Origin: Porphyridium purpureum
Taxonomy: Eukaryota
Assembly: GCA_008690995.1 (NCBI GenBank)
Contig: VRMN01000003.1
Span: 558,001-622,000 of the forward strand
Length of the DNA stretch: 64,000 nucleotides
Direction: 5' to 3'
Shown: positions 1 through 8,961 of the stretch, piece after piece
Layout of the letters: each line of letters opens with the position of its first letter
How positions within the stretch are numbered: position 1 is the first letter of the stretch
The notes under the pieces: generated by a model
Databases searched by the model: none
The model's input: the letters and a program-made list of their open reading frames with translations, nothing else
What the model was told of the DNA's origin: nothing
Made by a program: the position numbers and the translations under genes

Positions 1-1206
1 ACTCGTACGCGCGCTTCATTTGCGTCCCCGTCGCTCTCGTCGCCTTCTTTCTCGGTGATCGTTGTCAAGTTGGCAAATGGCGAGACTCGTTTTGAGTGCT
101 CCTTGTGCGAGTCGCGTTTCACGCAAAAGTACAATCTTACCAAGCACGTCCGCAGTGTTCACGATTGTGTACGCCGCTTTGCATGCGACTTGTGTGCGTC
201 CAGATTTAAGCAGAAGGATCACCTGCGCAAGCATATGGCAGGCGTACATAGGATGCCCAACGCAAAACCTGTTGTTTGTACAGTATGTCCAGAGTCATTC
301 GTAGGTGACCACGCGCTACAGGAACACATGAAAGAGGTTCACAGTTTGGAACCGCATGCAAAAGCACAATTAGAAGGCCAAGCCAGCATGAAGCAAGGCG
401 GTAACTCTCCCGCACTGGCTTCGGACGATGCTATCGTGGATATGGATGGATCGCCGCATCGCACGTCTTCATGTGGGTCGGGAAAGAACGCATCGCACTT
501 GCACTCGCATTCTCATTCTAGCTCAACGGAGTCTGATCAGAGCTTTCAGGCACGCGTACCTGCGTTCACAGAGTCACGTCCCTTAGTACCAGTATCGACG
601 GGCAACGAAGTTTTGAATGTGAATTTGAACGGCCAAGACGCACTCACGACGCCAAGGATGGTGTGCACCGAATGCAACGCGGCATTTGCAAATCGCCGGG
701 CGGTGCTTCTTCATCAACGTAGAATGCATCACGCCGGCGAAAATCTCGCCGTGGCCGTTGAAAGATCGCCAAATGTTCCCTTGGCACAAAGTACCAGTGA
801 TCTTCGAGCAAAGACACCGCGTGAAGAAATGACGCGCTCGCTTTCCAGAAGGTCTTTCCATCGACCGGCAGAGCACTTTTCAAGTGCGGAAAATAGCGAA
901 AGCAGACCACTTCATACATCTGGAAGCGATGTGCTAGAACGCCTGACTGCGAGTCTCTTCCCGTCAAAGACTGAATCTTTGGAGTATCCTACGGAACGGC
1001 ATGCGATGGAGCGATTAGGCTCGTCCGCAGATGCGTACGACTCGTTTCTGGTAGACTGTGAGCCCGAGAGCCTGGAATTCCTGCTTGGGCAACGTACACA
1101 GTCCCGCGCCGGCTTGGAGACATCAATTTCGAAACTCCGTGACATGACCGTGAGCGACATGGAAGACGGCTCACGCGCACTTGAAGCGCTCAGATATCGA
1201 ATTTGA
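1..1206 (+). CDS. C2H2 zinc-finger protein (5' partial)
   Basis: Four CxxC...HxxxxH fingers (CSLC..HVRSVH, CDLC..HMAGVH, CTVC..HMKEVH, CTEC..HQRRMH); frame is open from base 1, so the start lies upstream of the window. Confidence 0.85.
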   Translation, partial: TRTRASFASPSLSSPSFSVIVVKLANGETRFECSLCESRFTQKYNLTKHVRSVHDCVRRFACDLCASRFKQKDHLRKHMAGVHRMPNAKPVVCTVCPESFVGDHALQEHMKEVHSLEPHAKAQLEGQASMKQGGNSPALASDDAIVDMDGSPHRTSSCGSGKNASHLHSHSHSSSTESDQSFQARVPAFTESRPLVPVSTGNEVLNVNLNGQDALTTPRMVCTECNAAFANRRAVLLHQRRMHHAGENLAVAVERSPNVPLAQSTSDLRAKTPREEMTRSLSRRSFHRPAEHFSSAENSESRPLHTSGSDVLERLTASLFPSKTESLEYPTERHAMERLGSSADAYDSFLVDCEPESLEFLLGQRTQSRAGLETSISKLRDMTVSDMEDGSRALEALRYRI

Positions 1207-1469
1207 AGGCCGTTTCACTACCTCGTGCGTCAGCCGAAGCGTACCGTAGATTCCGATACTAATGCTAAACTCCCATTCGTATTTTGTATTGGCTGTGACG
1301 CTCGCGGGTCATCCGCATTGTTTCGCGTTGCCTGCCGGTCCACATCGGGCCATCCTTTTTTTAGTTCCCCGCACTTTGAAATGATCCGGCCACACCTCAG
1401 GTGATTCAACAGGGTCGATCAGTTCCCATCAGGTTCAGACAGTTCGTCTTCGTTTGGCAATTGGGCGGA

Positions 1470-2096
1470 ATGGGCGGGGTCGATGGGGACCCGGCTGCTG
1501 TCCCGCTTTTCGATACACCCTTGGAGACACCTGACGGTACTCGCGTCCTCGTAGCGCAGCGCAGTTCTTCTGCTCCGACAGGTGGGGAACCGTTCTTGCG
1601 CTTGACGGGCCCTGTGGTTCGCGGATTCGGACGCGGGAGCAAGGAGTTGGGCTGCCCCACAGCAAACATACCCGTGGAACCGTATGAACTTCTGTTGTCC
1701 GGAATGCCCACTGGGGTATACTACGGCTATTGTGTGGTGCAGGGCGCGGCGCATGTCGAGCCAGATCTCCGGAAAATGGTGATGAGCTGCGGGTACAACC
1801 CGTATTATGGAAACACGAAGCGCACGATTGAAGCACATGTCCTCGACTTGGTGTGCAAAGACTTTTACGGCTGCGAGTTGACGCTTTACGTGGTGGGGTA
1901 CATCCGAGCCGAACGAGATTTTGTTTCACTGGAGGCACTGAAGACAGCCATACTGGCCGACTGCGTGAGCGCCCGAGGAGCCCTTGAGCTAGATCAACAA
2001 GCCTTGGAGGCCGTGCAGGTGCACTGGTCGGCGACGTTGTCACAACCTAGCAACCAGTCCGCGTGGGGGCCCTCAGAAATACGACCCAGTGTCTGA
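1470..2096 (+). CDS. RFK: Riboflavin kinase (monofunctional, eukaryotic type)
   Basis: GPVVRGFGRGSKELGCPTAN, GVYYG, MVMSCGYNPYYGN, EAH, YIRAERDF motifs; first ATG at 1470. Confidence 0.93.
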   Translation: MGGVDGDPAAVPLFDTPLETPDGTRVLVAQRSSSAPTGGEPFLRLTGPVVRGFGRGSKELGCPTANIPVEPYELLLSGMPTGVYYGYCVVQGAAHVEPDLRKMVMSCGYNPYYGNTKRTIEAHVLDLVCKDFYGCELTLYVVGYIRAERDFVSLEALKTAILADCVSARGALELDQQALEAVQVHWSATLSQPSNQSAWGPSEIRPSV

Positions 2097-2194
2097 GCGA
2101 TCTGGACGGAATCTTGCCTTGTTGTTCATTTGTTCGCAGGTTGTAGTAAAACGGAAAGAAATTCTGTCGTGTACTACTGCATTATTATGGTGAC

Positions 2195-3664
2195 TTAATG
2201 GTCCATGATTGCGAGGGAGCCCGTGACGACTTTGTTCTCCAGGATCGCGCCGTCCGGAATCATGATAGAGCTTCCCTCCTGGCACACGATGATCACGGTA
2301 CCGCGCAAAGAAACTTTCTTGCCAAAGCTCACATTTCCACTCACAGTTAGGTGGTCCAGCTCGATCACGTCCGGAATCGATCCAAAGCGGGCGTTGTAGC
2401 CAGCAACTTTCTTGAACTCTGGACCAAGTGTGATTGCGGGAGTGCTCGAAAACATGCGCTCTGGATTCATCACCAAGGTGCCCTTGTTCAGCGTGTACAG
2501 GTTGCTTTGGATCAGCAGCAGGTCCGACGTCGTTTTGACGGGGAGAAAACGTGAGCGTGGCACGTTGGCGCCGCAGGCGTTACTGAAGTACGAAATTCCG
2601 GCCCCGATTGCAGTCTCGAGCTGGATGACTTTCTGGCCCCGAGCTTCCTTGCCGTTTTCAATGATATCGAGCTCCATACCCTTCTCCATAATTCGCTTGA
2701 TCGCGCTGAGGCTCATCCAGATGTTGTTCGTGTTGAACACCTTGAACTTCTTGATCGACTTGAACTCTCCCACGTATTCCTTTGGCACCTGCGCCACTTC
2801 CAGCAGGGAGCTCTTGCCCTCGTAGTTGATGAGCGTGCCACCTTTGATGTCTGCGCGCGTCTTATCCGTAAGTTCCATGCAGTACTCAGAGTTGCAGTCC
2901 GCCATCATCTTGAGAATTTTGGTGTCCACGACAGCACCCAGGTTGTCCACGTTACTCACAAAGATGTATTCTTTTCCCTCTGCAAGCATCTTGTCTACAA
3001 TACCTGAGTTCATCAGCGCGGCGTACACATCGCCGTGACCCGGAGGATACCAATCCTCCGCGTCATAGTCCGAGTGTGTCCAAGGCAGAGGCTCGAGCGT
3101 CTCCGTGAGGATGCGCGGATATCGCGACTGGTTGAACGTCAGAACGTTCACCTGGGCGTCTTTGTACTTGCGGATAATCTTATCGGTGTCGTCTGCTGTG
3201 TTGAACGAGTTCATGAGCACGAGGGGAACGTCCACGCCACTGTTCTCCTTGTTCAGCGTCTCGATCTGCTGCACAATGAGGTCCAGAAAGGTCGCGTTGC
3301 TGCGCACGTCGATGATGGATTTGGGTCCCTTGCATCCCATGGACGTACCGAGACCACCGTTTAGCTTGCACACCACGAGCTTGTTGAGAAGCGCGGCCTC
3401 CTCTTCCGGGCTGGGCGACGGGAGCTCGGCGTACGGCTTCAGCATGTTATCATCCGGCGACTGAATCTTCGCCCAGTCCAACTGAGCCTTCTTCTCGCCC
3501 TTGCTCCGGACAAAGCGCTCGTAGAGCTGCATGAAGCCATTCAGCTCCATGTCGCTCATCTGCGCGTTCGCCGGCGCCGCGGCGTTCTTCTGTTTCATGG
3601 ATTCCTCCGACACCAGCGTCATCTTGCCCAGCTGCTCCGTCACCTGCGCCGTCGCCGCAGCCAT
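2195..3664 (-). CDS. UGP: UTP-glucose-1-phosphate uridylyltransferase (UDP-glucose pyrophosphorylase)
   Basis: KLNGGLGTSMGCKGPKS, WYPPGHGD, SNVDNLGA, RFLPVKTTSDLL. Confidence 0.97.
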   Translation of the reverse strand: MAAATAQVTEQLGKMTLVSEESMKQKNAAAPANAQMSDMELNGFMQLYERFVRSKGEKKAQLDWAKIQSPDDNMLKPYAELPSPSPEEEAALLNKLVVCKLNGGLGTSMGCKGPKSIIDVRSNATFLDLIVQQIETLNKENSGVDVPLVLMNSFNTADDTDKIIRKYKDAQVNVLTFNQSRYPRILTETLEPLPWTHSDYDAEDWYPPGHGDVYAALMNSGIVDKMLAEGKEYIFVSNVDNLGAVVDTKILKMMADCNSEYCMELTDKTRADIKGGTLINYEGKSSLLEVAQVPKEYVGEFKSIKKFKVFNTNNIWMSLSAIKRIMEKGMELDIIENGKEARGQKVIQLETAIGAGISYFSNACGANVPRSRFLPVKTTSDLLLIQSNLYTLNKGTLVMNPERMFSSTPAITLGPEFKKVAGYNARFGSIPDVIELDHLTVSGNVSFGKKVSLRGTVIIVCQEGSSIMIPDGAILENKVVTGSLAIMDH

Positions 3665-4073
3665 CTACTCCCCACAGCCACTCTGCCAGTCCACACGCAC
3701 CGTCCGTCTCCTCCCGTCTCCCACCCGGCCCTTCCGTCTCCTCCCTGCACTGGGTACATCTGTGGGACGCGGCTTTATATCTCGAGCCACGCAACTGGCA
3801 GCTGCTTGTGATCCACACGTGCCGCAGCGCCCCTGAAATTGCGCGGCTGAGCTTGTGCGCCATTTCGGATCGTTTTTGTGCGGTGCACACGCGCTTTGCA
3901 CCGAAGGGAAAACGCCGCGTAATGCATTACGATGCAATGCCGCATGACGTCGGCCACCGTGTGCTCGGGCCACGGAGAAAGAGCAGGGAAGCCGGCGCAC
4001 AACTAAACGACACGTGCTTTGATGTCACGTTCCTACCACGGCGGTCGGGACGCTGGCGACCCGCCCGCACAAA

Positions 4074-4907
4074 CTACGATGGAAGCAGCTCGTTTCGTCG
4101 CAGCGCGACGCACAGGCTCTCGAAAATCTCGTCGGGGCTGCCCTCAGAAGGCACTTCGTTCAGAATGCCTTGCGCGCTGTACTTCTGGATAACCGGCATC
4201 GATGTGTCCAGAAAGGTGCGGAAGCGCGACTCGATGACATCGCTGCAGTCGTCCACCCGCCCACTCGTTTTGCCGCGACCGAGAAGGCGCTCACGCATCG
4301 TCTCAATCGAGCACGAGAAGTACACCACCAAATCGATCTCGCCAATCCGCTTCTCATACTCCACGGCCTGATCAAATGCGCGCGGGAAGCCGTCAATCAG
4401 AATGCCCGGCGTGCCCTCAGCCGTTTTCTGGATCTCCTTGTCCAGCAGCTCAATGGTGACGTATCCTGGCACAATATTGCCACCGTCGATGATTTCCTTG
4501 ATCATCCGACCCAGCTCTGAGTCCCGTTTCGCCTCGGCCCGCAACAGCTCGCCGGCACAAATTTGCTTCCATCCATATTTCTCCACTAGCATTTCACACT
4601 GAGTGCCTTTGCCGCTTCCAGGGCCGCCGAGCACAAAGACGATAGGTCGCTTTGGCGCACTGAAACGGGCATGTTCCCCGTCTATGTTCATCGCGACCGC
4701 AGCTGCGCGGTTGGACAAAGGCGCGTGGCTTCGCGCTACTTCCAGTTCACACCGCAGTGAGGAAGCTGTGCGTCGTGCAAAACGATACTGCCGTGCTGAC
4801 CTGTACGAACGGCACGTGGCCTGGCGTGAAAACGCGTAGGAAGCGCATGCTGAGGCGACGCATTGCGGACACGCACGCATGCCGGCGGCTCCAGCAAATC
4901 CGAGCAT
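4074..4907 (-). CDS. UMP-CMP/adenylate kinase family protein with N-terminal transit peptide
   Basis: VLGGPGSGKGTQC P-loop, LIDGFPR, GKTSGRVDD; Ser/Arg/Ala-rich N-terminal extension. Confidence 0.9.
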   Translation of the reverse strand: MLGFAGAAGMRACPQCVASACASYAFSRQATCRSYRSARQYRFARRTASSLRCELEVARSHAPLSNRAAAVAMNIDGEHARFSAPKRPIVFVLGGPGSGKGTQCEMLVEKYGWKQICAGELLRAEAKRDSELGRMIKEIIDGGNIVPGYVTIELLDKEIQKTAEGTPGILIDGFPRAFDQAVEYEKRIGEIDLVVYFSCSIETMRERLLGRGKTSGRVDDCSDVIESRFRTFLDTSMPVIQKYSAQGILNEVPSEGSPDEIFESLCVALRRNELLPS

Positions 4908-5255
4908 GGCGGAAGCGCCTGCTATATATGCCTACTCGAAAGACTTTTCTCGTTAGCGCGGCAGACGTCGAACGTTTCCGAGCCGCACTTCGTACCAATA
5001 TGCGGCACGCATTCGCACCCAGAATGCACATGGCGCCGCCGAGCACAACCACCGAGCTGAGGAGGTACTGTGTGTCGCGCGCTGTACTCTTGCGGTGGTC
5101 TCACGTGTGTGGTTTAACGGGTTATTGGCTTAAAGGTTTCATCTCTGGTTTTGGTTAAGAGTCGGGGTAGTGCGTTGGACGCTCAGGACAGAGGGCGGCG
5201 GCGTGCAAAGCTTCGTCGCGGACGGGAAACCATCGAGGGCTGGAGCTGTCGTGAG

Positions 5256-6314
5256 ATGGAGCCGACAAAGGCGCCGTGGGCAGCGCCTGCTAGCGTGCCA
5301 CCGACAGTGCACCCGGCGGTGCTGGAAAGCATGAGAAGGCGTCAGGAGCAAGGAGTGGCGGCGATTGGCGATGGCTCTCAAGCGGACCCGCACGAAACCG
5401 AGCCGTACCCCGGTTTGCGGAAACGGATCTTCGCAGATGCGCAGCTCGACAAACTGCTCGCCTCTGAGCTGTTTCAGGATCTCTGGGAGTTCCTGCTCGA
5501 ACTGAACGACAGCGTCAGGAACGTTCCGGGCTCTTCCCCGGACATTACTTGCTCGCCTTTTGTGACCAAGCTCGTGGGCATGTTTGCGGAAATTGCGACA
5601 TGGACGGCGGACATCCCTCCTGACAGTGGCCCGAAAAGGTTTGGAAACCCCTCGTTCCGGCTTTGGTGGCAAAGGCTTCGCGAAAGGGATGGCGGAATGT
5701 TAAGCGCCATTTTACCCGAAGGCACCGATGTCGCGGTGGTTGAGCAACTCTGTGCATACTTGGAACAGTCTTTTGGAAATCGAACGCGTATAGACTACGG
5801 AAGTGGCCATGAGGCGAGCTTCTTAGTCTTTCTGTTTTGCCTCAGGAACCTCGGCTTTGTCAGTCCCGACGACAACAAGGCCTTGGTCCTTCGAGTGTTT
5901 TGGGATTACCTTTCGATCACGCATAAATTACAAGACGTGTACATGCTGGAACCTGCGGGCTCTCACGGAGTGTGGGGACTAGATGATTACGCGTTCCTTC
6001 CATTCCTGTGGGGCTCCAGCCAGCTTCGTGACAACGTGCGTATTCCGGCGAATGCCATCCTCAACGAGAGTGTCGTCGAGACATACAAGGACGAATACAT
6101 CTACATGAAAGCGATCGCATTCATCCGACATGTCAAGAAAGGACCGTTCTTCGAGCATTCGCCCATGCTGACAGATATCAGTCGCCTACCCGGTGGCTGG
6201 CCCAAGATCAACGAGGGACTTTTGAAAATGTACAGGGCAGAGGTGTGGGGAAAGCGCGTAGTGATTCAGCATCTTGTCTTTGGGACGTTGTTTTTCTTTC
6301 CAGAAGAGATGTAG
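5256..6314 (+). CDS. PTPA: PP2A phosphatase activator (PTPA/RRD family)
   Basis: RFGNPSFRLW, SFGNRTRIDYGSGHE, LEPAGSHGVWGLDDY, KGPFFEHSPML. Confidence 0.95.
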   Translation: MEPTKAPWAAPASVPPTVHPAVLESMRRRQEQGVAAIGDGSQADPHETEPYPGLRKRIFADAQLDKLLASELFQDLWEFLLELNDSVRNVPGSSPDITCSPFVTKLVGMFAEIATWTADIPPDSGPKRFGNPSFRLWWQRLRERDGGMLSAILPEGTDVAVVEQLCAYLEQSFGNRTRIDYGSGHEASFLVFLFCLRNLGFVSPDDNKALVLRVFWDYLSITHKLQDVYMLEPAGSHGVWGLDDYAFLPFLWGSSQLRDNVRIPANAILNESVVETYKDEYIYMKAIAFIRHVKKGPFFEHSPMLTDISRLPGGWPKINEGLLKMYRAEVWGKRVVIQHLVFGTLFFFPEEM

Positions 6315-6377
6315 TCAAAAATGGACGCAAAACTTGAGAAAATAATCGTAGAAATGGAACAGGAATAAGAGTCGCAG

Positions 6378-7550
6378 CTACTTCTTGTCGGTTGCCGCAA
6401 CACTTTGCTGTTGCAGCGCTTTCATCCTCTCTTCGGCCTTTCTCTGTTCCTTCTCCGCCTGTGTCAAGAGCTTACCCTCGTTCTTCAATTTCTCCTTGCG
6501 CTCGCTGTATCGATTCGTAAGATCGCCAGCGACCGGCGTCATCACTGCGGTGAATTTCGCGAATTCCTCAGCACAATCTACAGCACGATCACGGAAATCT
6601 GACTCCTTCATGCGCCCGGCATCGTCAAATTCAGTCCACGCTTTAGCGACACTGCTCTGGTTGGTGCAGCATGGCATGCGCATCCACCTCGCAAGCAATC
6701 GCAACGCGTTGACCGCGTTGAACGACTGACTGCCGCCATTGACCTGAGCCACCAGCGCGGTGCGACCCTGCGTCGGTCGGACCGAGCCCGTATTGAGCGG
6801 AATCCAGTCGATCTGGTTTTTAAAGACTCCCGTGATTGTGCCATGCATCTCCGGGCTGACCCAGACGTGCCCATCACTCCACAAGGTAAGCGCGCGCAGC
6901 TCGCGCACTTTGATCTCGTTCTCGAGCTCCGGATCGCGAGGTGGCAGGCCCTGCGGGTTGTAAACGCGCACGTCACAGCCAAGCACGTCCAGTAGACGAG
7001 CAAATTCGTATGCCATCTTGCGACTGAAGGACGAAGGGCGCAAGGAGCCATAGAGAACCAGGATCCGCGGCGGACGTCCAATGGGCAACGCGGCGTAGTC
7101 AAAGCGCGTGAGATAGTCTGCTACTTCATCTCGTACCCAGCAGTGGGGCCGAACTCCATCCACAGGCTCCTGCGCGGCGCGATGCGCGAGCCAGCCGCCC
7201 GCGTGCGTCACAGGGTCGCTCGCCAACGCATATCCCGGATGGTTCAAATCTGCAAACGCCTCGGGATTCTCGTTGGAGAACAAATCACTCGACATATTTA
7301 CGCCTGCACTACCCATGACTGAAAATCCCCGCCGGTCCCTTCCTCGCCCCTGCTGGTGATAAGAGTGCCTCGCGAAAATGCCCACTGGACTCGTACGTGC
7401 GCCACTCACCACCGGTACGCCGGTCAGGACCGCGGCCGTTTTCACGCCTTTTCGCAGCGCAGGGTGCACGCTCAAGCGCCGCGAGGATGCCGACACGATG
7501 CGCTGGATCCCACCACAACCACACTGTCCGGCAAAGGCGATTGCAGACAT
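6378..7550 (-). CDS. arsH: ArsH, NADPH-dependent FMN reductase/organoarsenical oxidase, with putative plastid transit peptide
   Basis: PRILVLYGSLRPSSFSR, WVSPEMHGTITGVFKNQIDWIPL, VRPTQGRT, QVNGGSQSFNAVN, RWMRM, NQSSVAKAW. Confidence 0.93.
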   Translation of the reverse strand: MSAIAFAGQCGCGGIQRIVSASSRRLSVHPALRKGVKTAAVLTGVPVVSGARTSPVGIFARHSYHQQGRGRDRRGFSVMGSAGVNMSSDLFSNENPEAFADLNHPGYALASDPVTHAGGWLAHRAAQEPVDGVRPHCWVRDEVADYLTRFDYAALPIGRPPRILVLYGSLRPSSFSRKMAYEFARLLDVLGCDVRVYNPQGLPPRDPELENEIKVRELRALTLWSDGHVWVSPEMHGTITGVFKNQIDWIPLNTGSVRPTQGRTALVAQVNGGSQSFNAVNALRLLARWMRMPCCTNQSSVAKAWTEFDDAGRMKESDFRDRAVDCAEEFAKFTAVMTPVAGDLTNRYSERKEKLKNEGKLLTQAEKEQRKAEERMKALQQQSVAATDKK

Positions 7551-7732
7551 CGCTGTGAGGTTACCCACAGTTCACGGCCGCCCTCGCCCCGTGCGGCCGC
7601 ACGCCACTTTTAGTTGCACAGCGGAAATTCATGTTCAAATTACAGCGCTGAAACAGAACCTGCCACGTCCATTCCGCGTGTGCATGGATGCGTGTGGGCG
7701 CGAACGGCGAGTCGCCGCAGGTTGAAGATACA

Positions 7733-8908
7733 ATGATTGTCGGGGCATTTGCGCACTGCGCGATAGCAGGGCCCGTCGCGAGCACGCACAAGTACAGCAC
7801 GTGTGCGCTCCTTGCGGGCGACGGCGGTCGTGGACAGAGCGTGCGTCCAGCGCATCGGCGCTTGGCGCGATCCAGGACGCTGTGTCACCGGGACACCTTG
7901 TCTGGCAGTAGCGATGCGGCGAGCCGTGCGGGTAATGAGGCATCAATTACAGAAACATGGGCAAGATCCTACACGCAGGCTTTGCTGCTCCCATCAATCA
8001 CTAGCAGTTCATTTCCGCACGAGGAGCAGTTCGCGAGCACCGAGCTGTTGACGCGGACGAGAGTGCTGGAGACGGACTTCATTCGAGTGACGACAGGCCA
8101 AGTGGTCAGCGCACGAGCTGGAGCCGTGGCATCTCTAGGTGACGCTGCAGGATTGGCAGTGCAGCAATACGCGGAGCACCGTGCACGCGTTTTCGCGCGA
8201 GATTTGCCATTCGTCGAGCTTGCATTGAAAGGCGTTCGCACGAAAACTACAGCCGAGAGTCTGACGGATAAAGTCCAAGTAGAATGGCGCTTGTCCTGGG
8301 TTCCACCGAGCTTGGAGTGGATCGTCAAGCTTGCCTCAAGCTTGCCTTGGCGTTGTGAAATTCAGCGCGTGGATATTACGCCATTTGTAGGGCGAAATGT
8401 GCAGTTCTCGTGGCGCGTGTTGTTCAAATTTTGGGCGGACTTTGTGTTCCGAAGAACGTTACGCATTCCAGAGGCAGCTATTGAAGGTCGTACGGTGATT
8501 GAATGGACTAATGCTGATGGACAAGGCCCTGTGCATGTTGTCAGCGTTCGTGAAACAGCGCTGCTCGTATCTGACTTTCTTTCAAACCGTGTGAAGAACC
8601 GCCGCATCGCGGCAGATTTCTTGTTGTACGCTGATTGCTGCCGCCCTGGAGGCACGAGCATTACCGAGTGGAATGAGCGCGTTCTTCAAAAGATTCCCAT
8701 GGCGCAAAAGGTCGCCGGTGGAGATAAGTCAAGTGTGCTTGAAGTTGACGGGTTATCTGAACAGAGCCAGACTGAGCTCCTGGAATCAGCACAAATCTTT
8801 TTATTTCTCGCAACGTGCGTCTCACTCCTTTGTGGCTCGCTGCTTATTTCCCAGACTTTTCATCGCCTTCATCATGACGCGTATCTGTACCAATACCTTC
8901 AGCAATGA
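7733..8908 (+). CDS. Hypothetical protein, probably plastid-targeted, with C-terminal TM helix
   Basis: Long ORF (alternative ATG at 7688), transit-peptide-like N-terminus, hydrophobic IFLFLATCVSLLCGSLLI near the C-terminus. Confidence 0.7.
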   Translation: MIVGAFAHCAIAGPVASTHKYSTCALLAGDGGRGQSVRPAHRRLARSRTLCHRDTLSGSSDAASRAGNEASITETWARSYTQALLLPSITSSSFPHEEQFASTELLTRTRVLETDFIRVTTGQVVSARAGAVASLGDAAGLAVQQYAEHRARVFARDLPFVELALKGVRTKTTAESLTDKVQVEWRLSWVPPSLEWIVKLASSLPWRCEIQRVDITPFVGRNVQFSWRVLFKFWADFVFRRTLRIPEAAIEGRTVIEWTNADGQGPVHVVSVRETALLVSDFLSNRVKNRRIAADFLLYADCCRPGGTSITEWNERVLQKIPMAQKVAGGDKSSVLEVDGLSEQSQTELLESAQIFLFLATCVSLLCGSLLISQTFHRLHHDAYLYQYLQQ

Positions 8909-8961
8909 CACTGTATTAAACCGACAACAGCCGAATGCGGCGCCTCCCAGCAATCCCCCGG

